A program made the translations under genes and the position numbers. DNA of 64,000 nucleotides from NCBI GenBank assembly GCA_046052125.1, contig JBJOMY010000001.1, positions 726,431-790,430 of the forward strand, given 5' to 3'. Of this stretch, positions 47,360-58,359 are shown in pieces. Origin of the DNA: Cyanobacteriota bacterium (GTDB lineage: Bacteria; Cyanobacteriota; Cyanobacteriia; PCC-6307; Cyanobiaceae). The notes under the pieces are model-generated. The model did not search any database. It saw only the letters and a program-made list of their open reading frames with translations, and was not told the DNA's origin. How positions within the stretch are numbered: the first letter of the stretch is position 1; each line of letters opens with the position of its first letter.

Positions 47360-48432
47360 GTAGCCCAACCAGCCCAGCCAGCCCAGCCCTACGTGACACC
47401 CTGCGCCTGGCCCTCACCGTGGCGGTGGTGAACGGCTTCGCCACCCTGACCGGGCTGGCCTTTGCCATGTATGCCTCCCTGGCCGTGCTCAGCGTCACGG
47501 TGGGGACCTACGGCAACACGCTCGAGCTGGGGCGCCAGCGCCTGATCGGCACCACGATCGGAGCCATCGTGGTGTTCTTCGGCTACCGGGCCTGGGGCCA
47601 GCTACCGGTGTTAGTGGCGTTGCCCCTGGCCCTGCTGCTGGCGCGGCTGATCGCCGGCTCGCTAAGGCTCACTGTGGGTTACACCGTGTGCTGCTTCGTG
47701 GTGATCACCGGCTGGCTCACCCACGAGCATCAGCTCGGCAGCTGGATTCCTTTGCGCCTCTTCTGGACGGCCTTCGGCATCATCATGGCGCTGCTCAGCC
47801 TGCGGCTGTTCTGGCCCTCACAGGCGCGGATGCAGCAACGCCAGGGCCTGTTGCAGCTCCTGGTGGATTTAGGGCACACCCTGCAGGAGCACCTGCAACT
47901 GCAGACCACACAGACCACGCCGAGCGAGTCGAGGCGACACCTCACCAAGCGGCTGCGCGAGCTGCGCACCCACCTGCTCGGCCTGCGGGATCAGCGGGTG
48001 AACGCCCTGCGGGAGCTCGGCCCCCTGGCGGCGCAGCATCCAGTGGCCCAACTGTGGGAGCTGCTGGATCACGCCTGCGAAAGCCTGATCCTCGATCTAG
48101 ATGAACTGCGTCGGCTGCCCGCCCCCCTCTGGCAGGCCTGGGGGCTGGAGCCGCAGCACGCAGCGGCGCTGGCCTACAGCGGCGCCGTCGCCGAACGGCT
48201 GTTGGCCTGGCAGGCCGTTCTGCGGCGTTCGCTGGAGCTGCAGCCACCGCCCCAGGAGCCTGCGCCCGCGCTGCCGCTCGAGAGTGTGCAAAGCGCCGCT
48301 GCGGCAACAGCCTTCGCCCAGCTCAGCCCCGAACAGCTGCAATGCGTCGCCAGCCGGCTGGTGGTGCTCAATCGCATCCACCACGTGATGGAGAGCACGG
48401 AGCAGCGCTGGCAGGCCCTGCTGCGCGGCTGA
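47356..48432 (+). CDS. FUSC-like membrane protein (type B paralog)
   Basis: LAVLSV..GTYG..LELGRQRLIGT and SWIPLRLFWTAFG are shared with the 42584 protein. The ATG at 47356 overlaps the upstream stop. Confidence 0.8.
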   Translation: MSSPTSPASPALRDTLRLALTVAVVNGFATLTGLAFAMYASLAVLSVTVGTYGNTLELGRQRLIGTTIGAIVVFFGYRAWGQLPVLVALPLALLLARLIAGSLRLTVGYTVCCFVVITGWLTHEHQLGSWIPLRLFWTAFGIIMALLSLRLFWPSQARMQQRQGLLQLLVDLGHTLQEHLQLQTTQTTPSESRRHLTKRLRELRTHLLGLRDQRVNALRELGPLAAQHPVAQLWELLDHACESLILDLDELRRLPAPLWQAWGLEPQHAAALAYSGAVAERLLAWQAVLRRSLELQPPPQEPAPALPLESVQSAAAATAFAQLSPEQLQCVASRLVVLNRIHHVMESTEQRWQALLRG

Positions 48433-48624
48433 TCAGGCGTTCGGGCGCGACGACCACCAGCGCTCGATCCGGTAGAGCAACACCACCAGCAACACCACCA
48501 GCCAGAACCACAATTCCGGTGGGTTGGCGTTGAACAGGATCAGCAGCAGCACCACCTCACTCACCAGCCAGGGCAGTTCCTGACGGAGCAGCTGATTGCG
48601 AATGGGCGGTAGGCGTGGGGTCAT
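48433..48624 (-). CDS. Small two-TM protein
   Basis: 63 aa (QELPWLVSEVVLLLILFNANPPELWFWLVV), coupled to the HlyD gene stop. Confidence 0.7.
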   Translation of the reverse strand: MTPRLPPIRNQLLRQELPWLVSEVVLLLILFNANPPELWFWLVVLLVVLLYRIERWWSSRPNA

Positions 48625-49961
48625 TGGATGGTGTTGGGCTGACGCAGGAACGGCAAGTTCCAGCGCAGGTCGATCGCGGGGGTGCGGTAGCCGCCGGTGA
48701 GGGAGCGCAGGCCGGGGATCACGTAGGTGATCGGTGAGCGCCACTCCACGTAGGCGTGGGTGGAGATGGTGAGGCCATCGCGGATCGGGAACACGCCGCT
48801 GCCGCCCGAGAGAGTCCAGCGGTAGCCATCCACGCTGGAGGCGTCATGTTCCAACTCGATCTCGCTGCGCATCACCGGACCGTTCTTGGTGAGCGACTGG
48901 GCCAGCTGCGGGTTGCCGATGGTGGTGGAGATGTCGTCCTCCGTGGCGGGCAGGGTGAGCACCTGGGTCACCCGGCCGACGATCCCGCCGAAGCGCCCCC
49001 GCTGGTTCCACAGAGGCACCACCTCCACCGGCAAGCCCAAGGGCAGGCGACGGGCATCGGCGGGGGAGAAGTAGGCCACAGCCTTGAGGGGGCGATCTTT
49101 GGCGTTCGGCTCTTCTGGCCTGCCGATCGTGCCCAGGCGCTGGCCGGTGCTCACCGTCTGGCCGCGGATCACCTGCAGATCGAGCACCGTGCCATCGCGC
49201 TCCGCCTGCACCTTGCCGTCGTAGGCGATCTTGGCCTGGGTCACCGCGATCTCCCGCTTCAGGTCGTCGATCTGATAGCGACGTTGCAGGGCCTGGGTCT
49301 CAATGTTGAGCTTCACCTGCTGGTAGTTGGTGACGACGTTGCGCTCGGAGATCTTTACGTCGTCGAGGTTGACGCTGGTATTGGTGAGCCCCTGCTCCGC
49401 CGACACCACCTCGGTGGAGAGCGGCGCCACCACCTCGCGCTTCGCCAGCCAATCGAGGTTGCGCAACTTGCTCGAATACGTCGACTGCAGCTGCCCGTAG
49501 CGGCGGCGATCGTCGGCGTACTTAGCGAGGGCTGTATCCAAGGCGCGCTTCTCGGTGAGCAGCCGCTGGGCATCGCGGTAGTCGAGCTTCTCGTTATGGC
49601 GCTCCAACTGGCGCAGATTGCCGCGCTGCTGCTCCAGCTGGCGCTCGAGCACCGGCAGATAGAGCTGCATCAACAGCTGCCCGCGCTTCACGCGCTGCCC
49701 CACCCGCGCGTACACCTCCTGCACTTGGCCGCCGGAGCGGGCGTTGAGGATGCCGGCGTTCTCGGGATAGATGAGCACACCCGTGCCCTGCACTTCGGTG
49801 GGCACCGGCCAGAACAGGGCCCAGAAGACCACCGCCCCGCTCACCCCAGCCAGGCAGACGCCCACCTGGTTGTGATCGCTGAGCCCCTGCCAGCGCTGCC
49901 GCAGCTGACGCGCCCGGCGCCGGTACCAGGGCTGATCAGCAGTGGGCGTGGCCTGGGTCAT
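48621..49961 (-). CDS. HlyD-family periplasmic adaptor (NHLP-bacteriocin-secretion type)
   Basis: N-terminal TM, VPTEVQGTGVLI, lipoyl halves, long coiled coil, RFGGIVGRV, GYRWTLSGG and SPITYVIPGLR. Confidence 0.85.
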   Translation of the reverse strand: MTQATPTADQPWYRRRARQLRQRWQGLSDHNQVGVCLAGVSGAVVFWALFWPVPTEVQGTGVLIYPENAGILNARSGGQVQEVYARVGQRVKRGQLLMQLYLPVLERQLEQQRGNLRQLERHNEKLDYRDAQRLLTEKRALDTALAKYADDRRRYGQLQSTYSSKLRNLDWLAKREVVAPLSTEVVSAEQGLTNTSVNLDDVKISERNVVTNYQQVKLNIETQALQRRYQIDDLKREIAVTQAKIAYDGKVQAERDGTVLDLQVIRGQTVSTGQRLGTIGRPEEPNAKDRPLKAVAYFSPADARRLPLGLPVEVVPLWNQRGRFGGIVGRVTQVLTLPATEDDISTTIGNPQLAQSLTKNGPVMRSEIELEHDASSVDGYRWTLSGGSGVFPIRDGLTISTHAYVEWRSPITYVIPGLRSLTGGYRTPAIDLRWNLPFLRQPNTIQ

Positions 49962-49993
49962 GGGGGCCAGCTTGCAGGAAGCACCAGCCCCTG

Positions 49994-51082
49994 TCAGCCC
50001 CCCGCAGGCCACACCCCCAGCTGTTGCAGCCGCCGCTCAGCCCGCGCAGCCGGCTCAGGAGCAGCCGCCAGCCGCTGGGCCAACAGCGGCGCCAACACCG
50101 GCACCTGAGCGAAGCCGGCGCTGAAGCCGCTGAACACCCAGAGCCCCTGAGCGTGCGGCACGGGCCCCACCAACGGGGCGCCGCCGCTGCAGAAAGCCAC
50201 CGGCGCCTGTCGCAGCCGCCCCGGTTGCCTGGCCCAGCCAGCGCCCCAAGGGTCGGCGGCCAAGCCCAAGCGCAACTGCTCCTTGCTTTGGACGGAGTGT
50301 GGCGGTTGCTCCAGAGCCCCCCCGGGCCGAATCAAACTCAGCTGCCCCAGCAGCGCTCCGGATCCCCGCGGCACCAGGCCTGGATCCACCACCCAATCCA
50401 GCTGCTCAAGCGTGGCCGCGCGGCGCTCCAACTCCACACGCGCAAACCGTTGGGGCAACCAGGCGGCGGAACGCCCGAGCCCAGCGGGAAACGCCGGCAA
50501 CTCGAGCACAGCCGCCCAACTAGAGCGCAAGCGCTCAGGCAACGCCGGCCAGAGGCTTCGGCAGGCTGCGCCCGCCGCCAACACCACACGATCCGCCTGG
50601 CAAGGGGCGCCATCGTCAACGCTGAGCTCCCAGCCCTCGGCAACCGGCGCCAGGCTCAGAACCCGAGCCGCGCGGAGCTGCACCCCCGCCGCGGCCAACA
50701 ACTCCGGCAGCCGCGCCACCAACACAGCGGTGTCCACCTGCGCGAAGGGCAGCACCCCCAAACGGCTGATGGCCGAGAGCGTGCGGCTGGGGCCATGCAA
50801 CCGCAGGGCGCGCGGCCGCCAGCCCAGATCACCGTGGCGCTGCTGCAGCGCACGCCAACGCTTGGAGGCCACGGCCGCCAGACGGCTCAAGGGCGTCGGA
50901 GCCAACGGCCAGCCGGGCAGAGCCCCGTAGCTGATGGCGGTGGCCGTGGTGTTGAGGTCGCCCGCTGCATCAGGCGGATCGATCAGCGTCACGGCCGCGC
51001 CTTGCTCCCGCAAGGCCAGCGCCAGGAGCGCTCCGGCGACACCCCCACCGACGATCACCACGCCGGCAGGGTCTAACGCCAT
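49994..51082 (-). CDS. FAD-dependent oxidoreductase (DAO family)
   Basis: VIVGGGVAG, VVLAAGA and PLVGPV...GLWVFSGF. Confidence 0.85.
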   Translation of the reverse strand: MALDPAGVVIVGGGVAGALLALALREQGAAVTLIDPPDAAGDLNTTATAISYGALPGWPLAPTPLSRLAAVASKRWRALQQRHGDLGWRPRALRLHGPSRTLSAISRLGVLPFAQVDTAVLVARLPELLAAAGVQLRAARVLSLAPVAEGWELSVDDGAPCQADRVVLAAGAACRSLWPALPERLRSSWAAVLELPAFPAGLGRSAAWLPQRFARVELERRAATLEQLDWVVDPGLVPRGSGALLGQLSLIRPGGALEQPPHSVQSKEQLRLGLAADPWGAGWARQPGRLRQAPVAFCSGGAPLVGPVPHAQGLWVFSGFSAGFAQVPVLAPLLAQRLAAAPEPAARAERRLQQLGVWPAGG

Positions 51083-51666
51083 CAGATCCGCAGGGTGAAG
51101 GAGCTAATCACCTGGTGGAACAGACCTTCCACCCGGGGCCAACGCAGCTCGTTGGTGCTTGCCGCAAAGGTGTACAGGCGGCCGCGATCCACCACCACCG
51201 TGGCGAGCTCGTGGCGGTCGCGATCGTTGAGGTGGACCGCATATTCGAGGTCGTAGAAGGTGCGGCCGCCGTCTTCACGCTCCGAGGCCTGCACCAGCTC
51301 AGCCTCACGGCCGCTGCCCTCAGGGGCGATCACCACGCGGCGCAGCTTTTCACCCACGGCCACCGCGCTGCCGAGATCGTCGAGGCTGTTGGTGCTGTTC
51401 ACATCCGACACCACCAGGCTCAGGGTCTCGTCGGCATTGATCAGGTCGTGGAACACCACCTGGGGGCCATCGCTCACCTGCACCCGGGTCCAGCCGGTGG
51501 GATAGAGGAAGGCGTAGCGCCCATCGGGGCTCTGGTAGGAGTTCAAACCAGCGGCGGCCGCACTGCAGGCGCTGAGCACCACCGCCAGCAGCAGGGCAAC
51601 CAAGGCCGAGAGCGAGGCTGAGCGCACAGCCGGGCGAGTGGTCGGGCGGGACACCGGATGCGACAT
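51082..51666 (-). CDS. psbP: Photosystem II PsbP-like lipoprotein (CyanoP)
   Basis: Lipobox LSAC, DGRYAFLYPTGW, VVFHDLI and RGRLYTF. Confidence 0.9.
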   Translation of the reverse strand: MSHPVSRPTTRPAVRSASLSALVALLLAVVLSACSAAAAGLNSYQSPDGRYAFLYPTGWTRVQVSDGPQVVFHDLINADETLSLVVSDVNSTNSLDDLGSAVAVGEKLRRVVIAPEGSGREAELVQASEREDGGRTFYDLEYAVHLNDRDRHELATVVVDRGRLYTFAASTNELRWPRVEGLFHQVISSFTLRI

Positions 51667-51753
51667 GCGGCTGGGCCAGGGCGCGGAGTGCCGCCATTCT
51701 GGACCGCTGGCCCGGGCTGCCCCGCCTAGATTCCCGCCAGACGAACCAGTGCC

Positions 51754-52353
51754 CTGAGCGGCTTCACCCGCCCCCTGGCCCGACTGATCGATCAGTTCGA
51801 GCGACTGCCAGGCATTGGTCCGCGCACGGCCCAGCGCCTGGCCCTGCATGTGCTGCGTCAGCCGAGCGAGCAGATCCAGGCCTTTGCCGATGCGCTGTTG
51901 GCAGCACGCAGTCAGGTGGGGCAGTGCAAGCGCTGTTTTCACCTCTCCGCCGAACCCCTCTGCGAGATCTGCCGCAACGAGGAGCGCAACACCGGCGTGC
52001 TCTGCGTAGTGGCCGACTCCCGCGACCTGCTGGCGCTGGAGCGCACCCGGGAGTTCCGGGGCGGTTACCACGTGCTTGGCGGCCTGATCTCACCGATGGA
52101 TGGGGTGGGCCCGGAGTTGCTGCAGATCCAACCCCTGGTGGAGCGGGTGGATCGTGACGGCATCAGCGAAGTGATCCTGGCGCTCACGCCATCTGTGGAA
52201 GGCGACACCACCAGCCTCTATCTGGCGCGATTGCTGAAACCGTTCACCCAGGTGAGCCGCATCGCCTACGGCCTGCCGGTGGGCAGCGAACTGGAATACG
52301 CCGATGAGGTCACCCTGGCGCGGGCGCTGGAAGGCCGGCGGCGGATGGAATAG
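51754..52353 (+). CDS. recR: Recombination mediator RecR (probable CTG start)
   Basis: [31 protein letters not shown] lies upstream of the ORF-track start. Also a C4 zinc finger, [10 protein letters not shown] and RIAYGLPVG. Confidence 0.93.
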   Translation: MSGFTRPLARLIDQFERLPGIGPRTAQRLALHVLRQPSEQIQAFADALLAARSQVGQCKRCFHLSAEPLCEICRNEERNTGVLCVVADSRDLLALERTREFRGGYHVLGGLISPMDGVGPELLQIQPLVERVDRDGISEVILALTPSVEGDTTSLYLARLLKPFTQVSRIAYGLPVGSELEYADEVTLARALEGRRRME

Positions 52354-52359
52354 CCAGCC

Positions 52360-53286
52360 ATGAGCCGATCGGTGCCCACCACCAGCCGCTACAGCAGCAT
52401 CGCCCCCACGGAACGCCTGCCGGAGTGGCTGCGCTCACCCATCGGCAACGCCAGTGATTTGGAGGCGGTGCAGGCGGTGGTGAAGCAGCAGCGCCTGCAC
52501 ACCATTTGCGAGGAGGGCCGCTGCCCGAACCGGGGTGAGTGCTACGCCGCAGGCACCGCCACCTTCCTGCTGGGCGGTCCGATCTGCACCCGCAGCTGCG
52601 CTTTTTGCCAGGTGGAGAAAGGCCAGGCCCCAACCCCCTACGACGCTGAAGAGGCGGAGCGGGTGGCCGAAGCCGTCCAGTCCATGGGCCTGCGTTACGT
52701 GGTGCTCACCGCCGTCGCCCGCGACGACCTCGCCGATCACGGCGCCTGCCTGTTCACCGCTGCCATGGCGGCCATCCGCCGCCGCAACCCCCTCATCGCC
52801 ATCGAAGTGCTCACCCCCGACTTCTGGGGCGGATACCGCGACGAAGCGGAGGCGATCGCAGCCCAACGCCAACGCCTGAGCGCTGTGCTCGCTGCAGAGC
52901 CGGTGTGCTTCAACCACAACCTGGAAACCGTGGAGCGCCTGCAGGGCGAGGTGCGCCGCGGCGCCACCTACCGCCGCTCCCTGGGGTTGCTGGCCGCGGC
53001 ACGGGAGCTGGCCCCCCAGATCCCCACCAAAAGCGGCTTGATGCTCGGGCTGGGAGAGCACTTCGACGAGGTGGTGGAGGCGATGAAGGACCTGCGCGCC
53101 GTTGACTGCCAACGCCTCACCCTCGGCCAATACCTGCGCCCCTCCCTGGCCCACATCCCGGTGGATCGCTACTGGACCCCGGGTGAATTCGAGCAGCTGG
53201 GGCAGATCGCCCGGGAGCTGGGCTTTGCCGATGTGCGCTCAGGTCCCCTGGTGCGCAGCAGCTATCACGCCGGCTCAGCGCACTGA
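52360..53286 (+). CDS. lipA: Lipoyl synthase
   Basis: [20 protein letters not shown] and VRSSYHA. Confidence 0.96.
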   Translation: MSRSVPTTSRYSSIAPTERLPEWLRSPIGNASDLEAVQAVVKQQRLHTICEEGRCPNRGECYAAGTATFLLGGPICTRSCAFCQVEKGQAPTPYDAEEAERVAEAVQSMGLRYVVLTAVARDDLADHGACLFTAAMAAIRRRNPLIAIEVLTPDFWGGYRDEAEAIAAQRQRLSAVLAAEPVCFNHNLETVERLQGEVRRGATYRRSLGLLAAARELAPQIPTKSGLMLGLGEHFDEVVEAMKDLRAVDCQRLTLGQYLRPSLAHIPVDRYWTPGEFEQLGQIARELGFADVRSGPLVRSSYHAGSAH

Positions 53287-53777
53287 ACCGAGCGCCAGGC
53301 CCGCTCCAACCCCTCTGCACAATCGCCGCGCATCAACAAGCCGGCCCCACCCCACACCAGGCGCAGCGGCAGATCGGCAGCCGCGGCGCCCACCTCGCGA
53401 ATGGCGCTGAAGCCAAGCCGCCGGAAATACCGCACCAGGCGCCGGTGCTGCTGATCGTTGTCGCGGATGGCGAGCAGGCGGGCACGGCGGCAGGGAGTGG
53501 TCTCCAGCGCCCAGGCGAAGGTGGCTGACCAGATCAGGGCGCCCACCCCCTGGGTCTGCGGCCCCTGCACCCGCATCGTGTCGAGCTGCAGGCCATCGCG
53601 CAGGGGCAGGGTCCAGCCCTTCAGTTCCCCGAGCAGCAGCGGCGCCTGGCCCGGCCGTTGCCGTGCCACCACCACCCGCAGCGTGGTGATCGCCAGGATC
53701 TGCCGCACCTGCAAACGCAACAACAACCCCTGCGCTGCAGCCGCCTGTTCGATCTCAGGGAGTGTGGGCAGGGTCAT
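53265..53777 (-). CDS. Conserved GNAT-like hypothetical protein
   Basis: [16 protein letters not shown]...[13 protein letters not shown] and RLVWGGAG. Confidence 0.7.
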   Translation of the reverse strand: MTLPTLPEIEQAAAAQGLLLRLQVRQILAITTLRVVVARQRPGQAPLLLGELKGWTLPLRDGLQLDTMRVQGPQTQGVGALIWSATFAWALETTPCRRARLLAIRDNDQQHRRLVRYFRRLGFSAIREVGAAAADLPLRLVWGGAGLLMRGDCAEGLERAWRSVQCAEPA

Positions 53778-54748
53778 GGCGCAAACGGCTGGGCGAGCAA
53801 CACGGCCTGCAGCGGCAGCGCCCCATAGAGATGGGGGAACAACTCACCGCTCCCTGGCGCCGGCTCGTGAATCACGTTCAAGCCAGAGGCAACGAGACGC
53901 TGGGGATCGATGCTGAGCAGCACCAGCTCTCCGGGGGGAAGGTCGGCATAGAAGCGCTGGGCGGTGGCCTCCACTTGATGGGCTGCACTGAGGTGGATGA
54001 AGCCCACCTCCGCCAGGCTGCGCCCACGGGTGGAGCGGCGGTAGCTGCCATCCCGGCGGGCCTCGGCCCAGTCGCCCCGTAGGGCCAGGTGATAAAGCCA
54101 ACCGGGCGACCGCCAGGCGCTGCGCTCGGCCCAGGGGTGATCCATCACTGCCGCGAGTTCGCTGGAGTTGAGAAACCGGCCCAACCAGTGCTGCAGGGGC
54201 TCCAGTCCAGGCTCGGCATCAAAGCCATCGGGATCCGCAAGGCGGAACTGACGCACAAACGGCAACAGCGCCCAGTCCGCCAAGCAGGGGCGATCGCCGA
54301 GCAACCACCCAGCCCCCAAACGGCTGCTCCAGCGCTGCAGGATCACGAGGGCTGCGTGGCGATGGGGCGCAGACGTCTCCCCTGGGTAGCGATCCGGATA
54401 CTTGAAGCGATCGAGATGGTGCTTGAACGGCCCATCGTTCTCGGCGATCAGCGCGTCCATCACCGCCCGATCCGCATCACGCCAACCAGCCAGCCAGCCC
54501 TGGGGATCCGCCTGAGCCAGCGCCCAGCGCATGATCGCCAGGCTCTCTTCAATCACCGCGCCATCTGGCAACGTCAACACAGGCACGGTGCCCTTGGGCG
54601 AACACTGCAACAACTCCGGCGGCTTGGCCTTCAGCGCCACTTCCCGTAGATCAAGATCCCGGCCCGGCTGCAAACCCGCCGCCGCCAACGCCAGCCTGGC
54701 CCGCATTGCATAAGGGCAGCGGCGAAAGCTGTAGAGACAAGGCAACAC
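53774..54748 (-). CDS. Glutathione S-transferase fused to DUF952
   Basis: LYSFRRCPYAMRAR...KGTVPVL...ESLAIM...FKHHLDRFKY is the GST part. LYHLA...SLAEVGFIHLS...ELFPHLYGAL is the DUF952 part. Confidence 0.85.
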   Translation of the reverse strand: MLPCLYSFRRCPYAMRARLALAAAGLQPGRDLDLREVALKAKPPELLQCSPKGTVPVLTLPDGAVIEESLAIMRWALAQADPQGWLAGWRDADRAVMDALIAENDGPFKHHLDRFKYPDRYPGETSAPHRHAALVILQRWSSRLGAGWLLGDRPCLADWALLPFVRQFRLADPDGFDAEPGLEPLQHWLGRFLNSSELAAVMDHPWAERSAWRSPGWLYHLALRGDWAEARRDGSYRRSTRGRSLAEVGFIHLSAAHQVEATAQRFYADLPPGELVLLSIDPQRLVASGLNVIHEPAPGSGELFPHLYGALPLQAVLLAQPFAP

Positions 54749-54773
54749 GCCACCGATGGCGCCCACTCGGGCC

Positions 54774-55718
54774 TCAGCCACCCGCCGACCCAGCTGCCAC
54801 CTGCGCGCCGATGTGCTGCTGACCGCGCTCGCGGGCCAACTGCATCTGGCGCTGGCGCTCGGCGAAGCGAGCTCGATCCGCATCGCTGAAGCGGGTGATG
54901 CAGTGGGGGCAACTCACCCCCTGGCGGTAGGCGGGATGCTCCCGATCGGCCGGTGAGAGCGGCAAACCACAGGCATGGCAGAGGCTGTAGCTGCCCGGTT
55001 CGAGCTGGTGATTCACGCTCACCCGCTGATCAAACACGAAGCACTCGCCCTGCCAGCTGCTGTCCTGCTCGGGCATCTCCTCGAGATAGCGCAGGATGCC
55101 GCCCTGGAGGTGGTGCACGTTGGTGAAGCCCTGCTGGAGCAGATAGGCGGTGCTCTTCTCGCAGCGGATGCCGCCCGTGCAGAACATGGCGATCGCCTTC
55201 GGTTGGCGCTGCTCCACCAGGGGCCGCAGCTCGCGCTCCACCCAGCCGGGGAACTCGCGGAAGCTTTCGGTGCCGGGATCAATCGCGCCGGTGAAGCTGC
55301 CCACCGCCACCTCGTAGGCGTTGCGGGTGTCCACCACCAGCGTGTCTGGATCACTGATCAGGGCATCCCACTGCTGGGGTGGCACGTAGGTGCCCACCTG
55401 CTCGGCCGGCTTCACCGTGGGGCAGCCCATGGTCACGATCTCGCGCTTGATCCGCACCTTGAGCCGGTGAAACGCCTCATCCGGCGCCTCGCTGAACTTG
55501 GCCTCGAGGCCGCTCAGCCCAGGCAGCTTCCGTAGCCGAGCCAACACCGTTTGCACCCCAGGCTCCGGGCCGCTGATAGTGCCGTTCACACCCTCCTCGG
55601 CTAACAGAATCGTGCCGCGCACGGAGCCGGCCTCCGCCAGGGCCCGCAGCTCCGCCTGCAGTTCAGGGAGCGCCGCCATGGCCGTGAAGCCATAGAAGGC
55701 CGCCACCTGCACGCTCAT
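54774..55718 (-). CDS. trhO: Rhodanese-domain tRNA uridine(34) hydroxylase
   Basis: [31 protein letters not shown] and GECFVFDQR. Confidence 0.9.
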   Translation of the reverse strand: MSVQVAAFYGFTAMAALPELQAELRALAEAGSVRGTILLAEEGVNGTISGPEPGVQTVLARLRKLPGLSGLEAKFSEAPDEAFHRLKVRIKREIVTMGCPTVKPAEQVGTYVPPQQWDALISDPDTLVVDTRNAYEVAVGSFTGAIDPGTESFREFPGWVERELRPLVEQRQPKAIAMFCTGGIRCEKSTAYLLQQGFTNVHHLQGGILRYLEEMPEQDSSWQGECFVFDQRVSVNHQLEPGSYSLCHACGLPLSPADREHPAYRQGVSCPHCITRFSDADRARFAERQRQMQLARERGQQHIGAQVAAGSAGG

Positions 55719-56707
55719 GCGGGCACGGCCTCCTGCCAGGGGGTCACGCCGGCGGCGGCCAACAGCTCCTGATCAGCTGCCACATCTGGATTGCCGGTGG
55801 TGAGCAGCGTGTCGCCGTAGAAGATCGAATCCGCCCCAGCCAACAGGCAAAGGACCTGGGCTTCCTGGCTCATCGTTTCGCGGCCGGCGCTCAGCCGCAC
55901 CCGGCTCTGGGGCATGAGGATGCGCGCCACCGCCACCATCCGCACCAAATCGAGCGGATCCACAGACGGCTGATCCTCCAGGGGCGTGCCCTCCACAGCC
56001 ACGAGCGCATTAATCGGCACGCTCTCGGGATGGGGGTTCATCGCGGCGAGCACCTGCAGCAGCGAAGCCCGATCGGTGAGGGTTTCGCCCATGCCGATAA
56101 TCCCGCCGCAGCACATCGAGATGCCCGCCTTGCGCACCCGCTGCAGCGTTTCCAAGCGTTCCTGGAAGGTGCGGGTGGTGATGATCCGGTCGTAGTGCTC
56201 GGGGCTGGTGTCGAGGTTGTGGTTGTAGGAGGTGAGTCCGGCCTCGGCTAGCCGCTCGGCCTGGCTGTCGGTGAGCATGCCGGCGGTCACGCAGGCCTCC
56301 ATTCCCAGCTCGCGCACACCACGCACCATCGCGAGCATGGCGTCGAAGGGGGCGCCATCGCGAATGTCGCGCCAGGCCCAGCCCATGCAGAAGCGATGGG
56401 CGCCGGCATCCCGCGCGGCCCGGGCCCGAGCCAGCACCGGCTCCACCTCGAGCTCCGGCCGGCCGGTCACATCGCTGCTGTTGTGCATCGACTGGGGGCA
56501 ATAGGCGCAGTCCTCCTCGCAGCCGCCTGTCTTCACGCTGAGCAGCGAGGCCAGTTGCACCCGGTAGCCCGGGTTGGCCTGCCGGTGCACCGCCTGGGCA
56601 CGCCAGAGCAAGTCCATCAGCGGCAGCTCCAGCAGGCTCTGAATCTCGGCCGTGCTCCAGTCGTGGCGCAGCTCGAGGGAAGGAAGGGTCACGGGGCTGG
56701 AACTCAT
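55715..56707 (-). CDS. bioB: Biotin synthase
   Basis: [30 protein letters not shown] and VRLSAGR. Confidence 0.97.
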   Translation of the reverse strand: MSSSPVTLPSLELRHDWSTAEIQSLLELPLMDLLWRAQAVHRQANPGYRVQLASLLSVKTGGCEEDCAYCPQSMHNSSDVTGRPELEVEPVLARARAARDAGAHRFCMGWAWRDIRDGAPFDAMLAMVRGVRELGMEACVTAGMLTDSQAERLAEAGLTSYNHNLDTSPEHYDRIITTRTFQERLETLQRVRKAGISMCCGGIIGMGETLTDRASLLQVLAAMNPHPESVPINALVAVEGTPLEDQPSVDPLDLVRMVAVARILMPQSRVRLSAGRETMSQEAQVLCLLAGADSIFYGDTLLTTGNPDVAADQELLAAAGVTPWQEAVPA

Positions 56708-57501
56708 CGGGACGCGTGGGGTTCAACGCCACCAAAGCGGCGCTGACGGCTCTGGTAATCGAGAAGGGCGGCGGTGAGCGCCGCTTCGTTGAAATCGGGC
56801 CAGAGCACATCGGTGATGTGGAGCTCGGCGTAGGCCAGCTGCCAGAGCAGGAAGTTGCTGATGCGCTGTTCGCCGCTGGTGCGGATCAGCAGGTCGGGAT
56901 CCCGCTCACCGGCCGTGAACAACTGCTCGGCGAAGTGCTGTTCATCGATCGCGGCTGGATCGAGCTCGCCACGGGCCACCCGTTCCGCCAACAGCCGCGC
57001 CGCGCGCACCAGTTCGCGGCGACCGCCGTAGTTGGTGCACACGTTGAAGTGAATGCCGGTGTTGGCAGCGGTGCGCTGCGTGGCATCGGCGATCAGCCGT
57101 TGCAGCCCCTCTGGAAGCTGCTCGAGATCCCCCAGAAAGCGGATCCGCACCTGCTCCTCCTCGAGAGCCTGCAGCTCCCGGGCCAGCACCCGCTCAAACA
57201 GGGTCATCAGGAAGCTCACCTCCTCACCGGGGCGGCTCCAGTTTTCGGTGGAGAAGGCGTAGGCGGTGAGGGCACCGATGCCCCAGTCGCTGCAGAGCCG
57301 GAGGGTGCGTTTGAGGGCCTCCACCCCCTCGCGGTGGCCCATTACCCGAGGCAATTTGCGCTGGCTGGCCCAGCGGCCGTTGCCGTCCATGATCACCGCC
57401 ACATGAGCGGGCAGCCGCGCCGGATCGAGGCTGGCGGGCAGCACGGAGCGGGAAGGATGGTTTCCCTGGATGGCAGTGGCGGTCGCCAGGGAGCGACTCA
57501 T
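56704..57501 (-). CDS. uppS: Undecaprenyl diphosphate synthase / isoprenyl transferase
   Basis: [20 protein letters not shown] and [19 protein letters not shown]. Confidence 0.96.
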   Translation of the reverse strand: MSRSLATATAIQGNHPSRSVLPASLDPARLPAHVAVIMDGNGRWASQRKLPRVMGHREGVEALKRTLRLCSDWGIGALTAYAFSTENWSRPGEEVSFLMTLFERVLARELQALEEEQVRIRFLGDLEQLPEGLQRLIADATQRTAANTGIHFNVCTNYGGRRELVRAARLLAERVARGELDPAAIDEQHFAEQLFTAGERDPDLLIRTSGEQRISNFLLWQLAYAELHITDVLWPDFNEAALTAALLDYQSRQRRFGGVEPHASR

Positions 57502-58343
57502 GCGTTGGGCTCAGCCTTGTCCAAGGCCACGCTACGCCCAGCCCCCTTGCCGGCCGGCTTGGCGCTTTGCGCCAGGGATTCGCCCAACAGCTCCTGGAGG
57601 CGGCTGCTGGTGAGGGGACGCTCCAGCCGTCCTTGCCGCGCCATCGAGAGGGTGCCCGTTTCCTCCGACACCACGATGCAGAGGCAGCGATCGAAGCGTT
57701 CGGTGATCCCCAGAGCCGCCAAATGGCGGGTGCCATAACGGTTGAGGCCCTGGCGGGAGAGGGGCAGGATCACGCCCGCCGAGAGGATCCGATTGCCCTT
57801 AACCAGCACCGCCCCATCGTGAAGCGGCGTGTCAACGGCGAACAGATTGAGCAGCAGATCCGCCGAGAGCTGAGCGTCCAGGGCGATCCCGGGATTGAGG
57901 AAGTCTTCCGGGCGGAGATCACTGCCCAGATCCACCACGATCAGACCACCACGGCGCAGCTGCGAGAGGCGCCCAGCGGCTTCACTGAGCACCGCCGCCG
58001 AACCCGACGCGAGCTTGTCGGCGCGCTGACTGCCGAACAACACATCCAGCCGCCCGGTGCCAAGCAGCTCCATCAGCCGCCGCAGCTCCCCCTGCCAGAG
58101 GATCGCCAGCGCCAGGCTGCAAGCCATCACCAGGGCATCGACGAGCTTGCTAGTGAGCGGCAGGTTGGCGTAACGCTGGACCACCCAGGCCAGCGCCACC
58201 AAGGTGAGGTAGCCGCGCAATAACCAGAGGGTGCGCGGCTCGTTGACACGGGCCAACAACACCATGCCAAGGGCGGTGGCGAGGAGGAGATCCAGCACAC
58301 CTCCCAGCTGGATTCCGGCCACCGCCCCGAACACCCTCAACAC
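57498..58343 (-). CDS. cdaA: Diadenylate cyclase
   Basis: Three TM helices, PLHDGA, GTRHLAA and VVSEETG. Confidence 0.93.
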   Translation of the reverse strand: MLRVFGAVAGIQLGGVLDLLLATALGMVLLARVNEPRTLWLLRGYLTLVALAWVVQRYANLPLTSKLVDALVMACSLALAILWQGELRRLMELLGTGRLDVLFGSQRADKLASGSAAVLSEAAGRLSQLRRGGLIVVDLGSDLRPEDFLNPGIALDAQLSADLLLNLFAVDTPLHDGAVLVKGNRILSAGVILPLSRQGLNRYGTRHLAALGITERFDRCLCIVVSEETGTLSMARQGRLERPLTSSRLQELLGESLAQSAKPAGKGAGRSVALDKAEPNA

Positions 58344-58359
58344 AGCACTTTGCTGGGGC

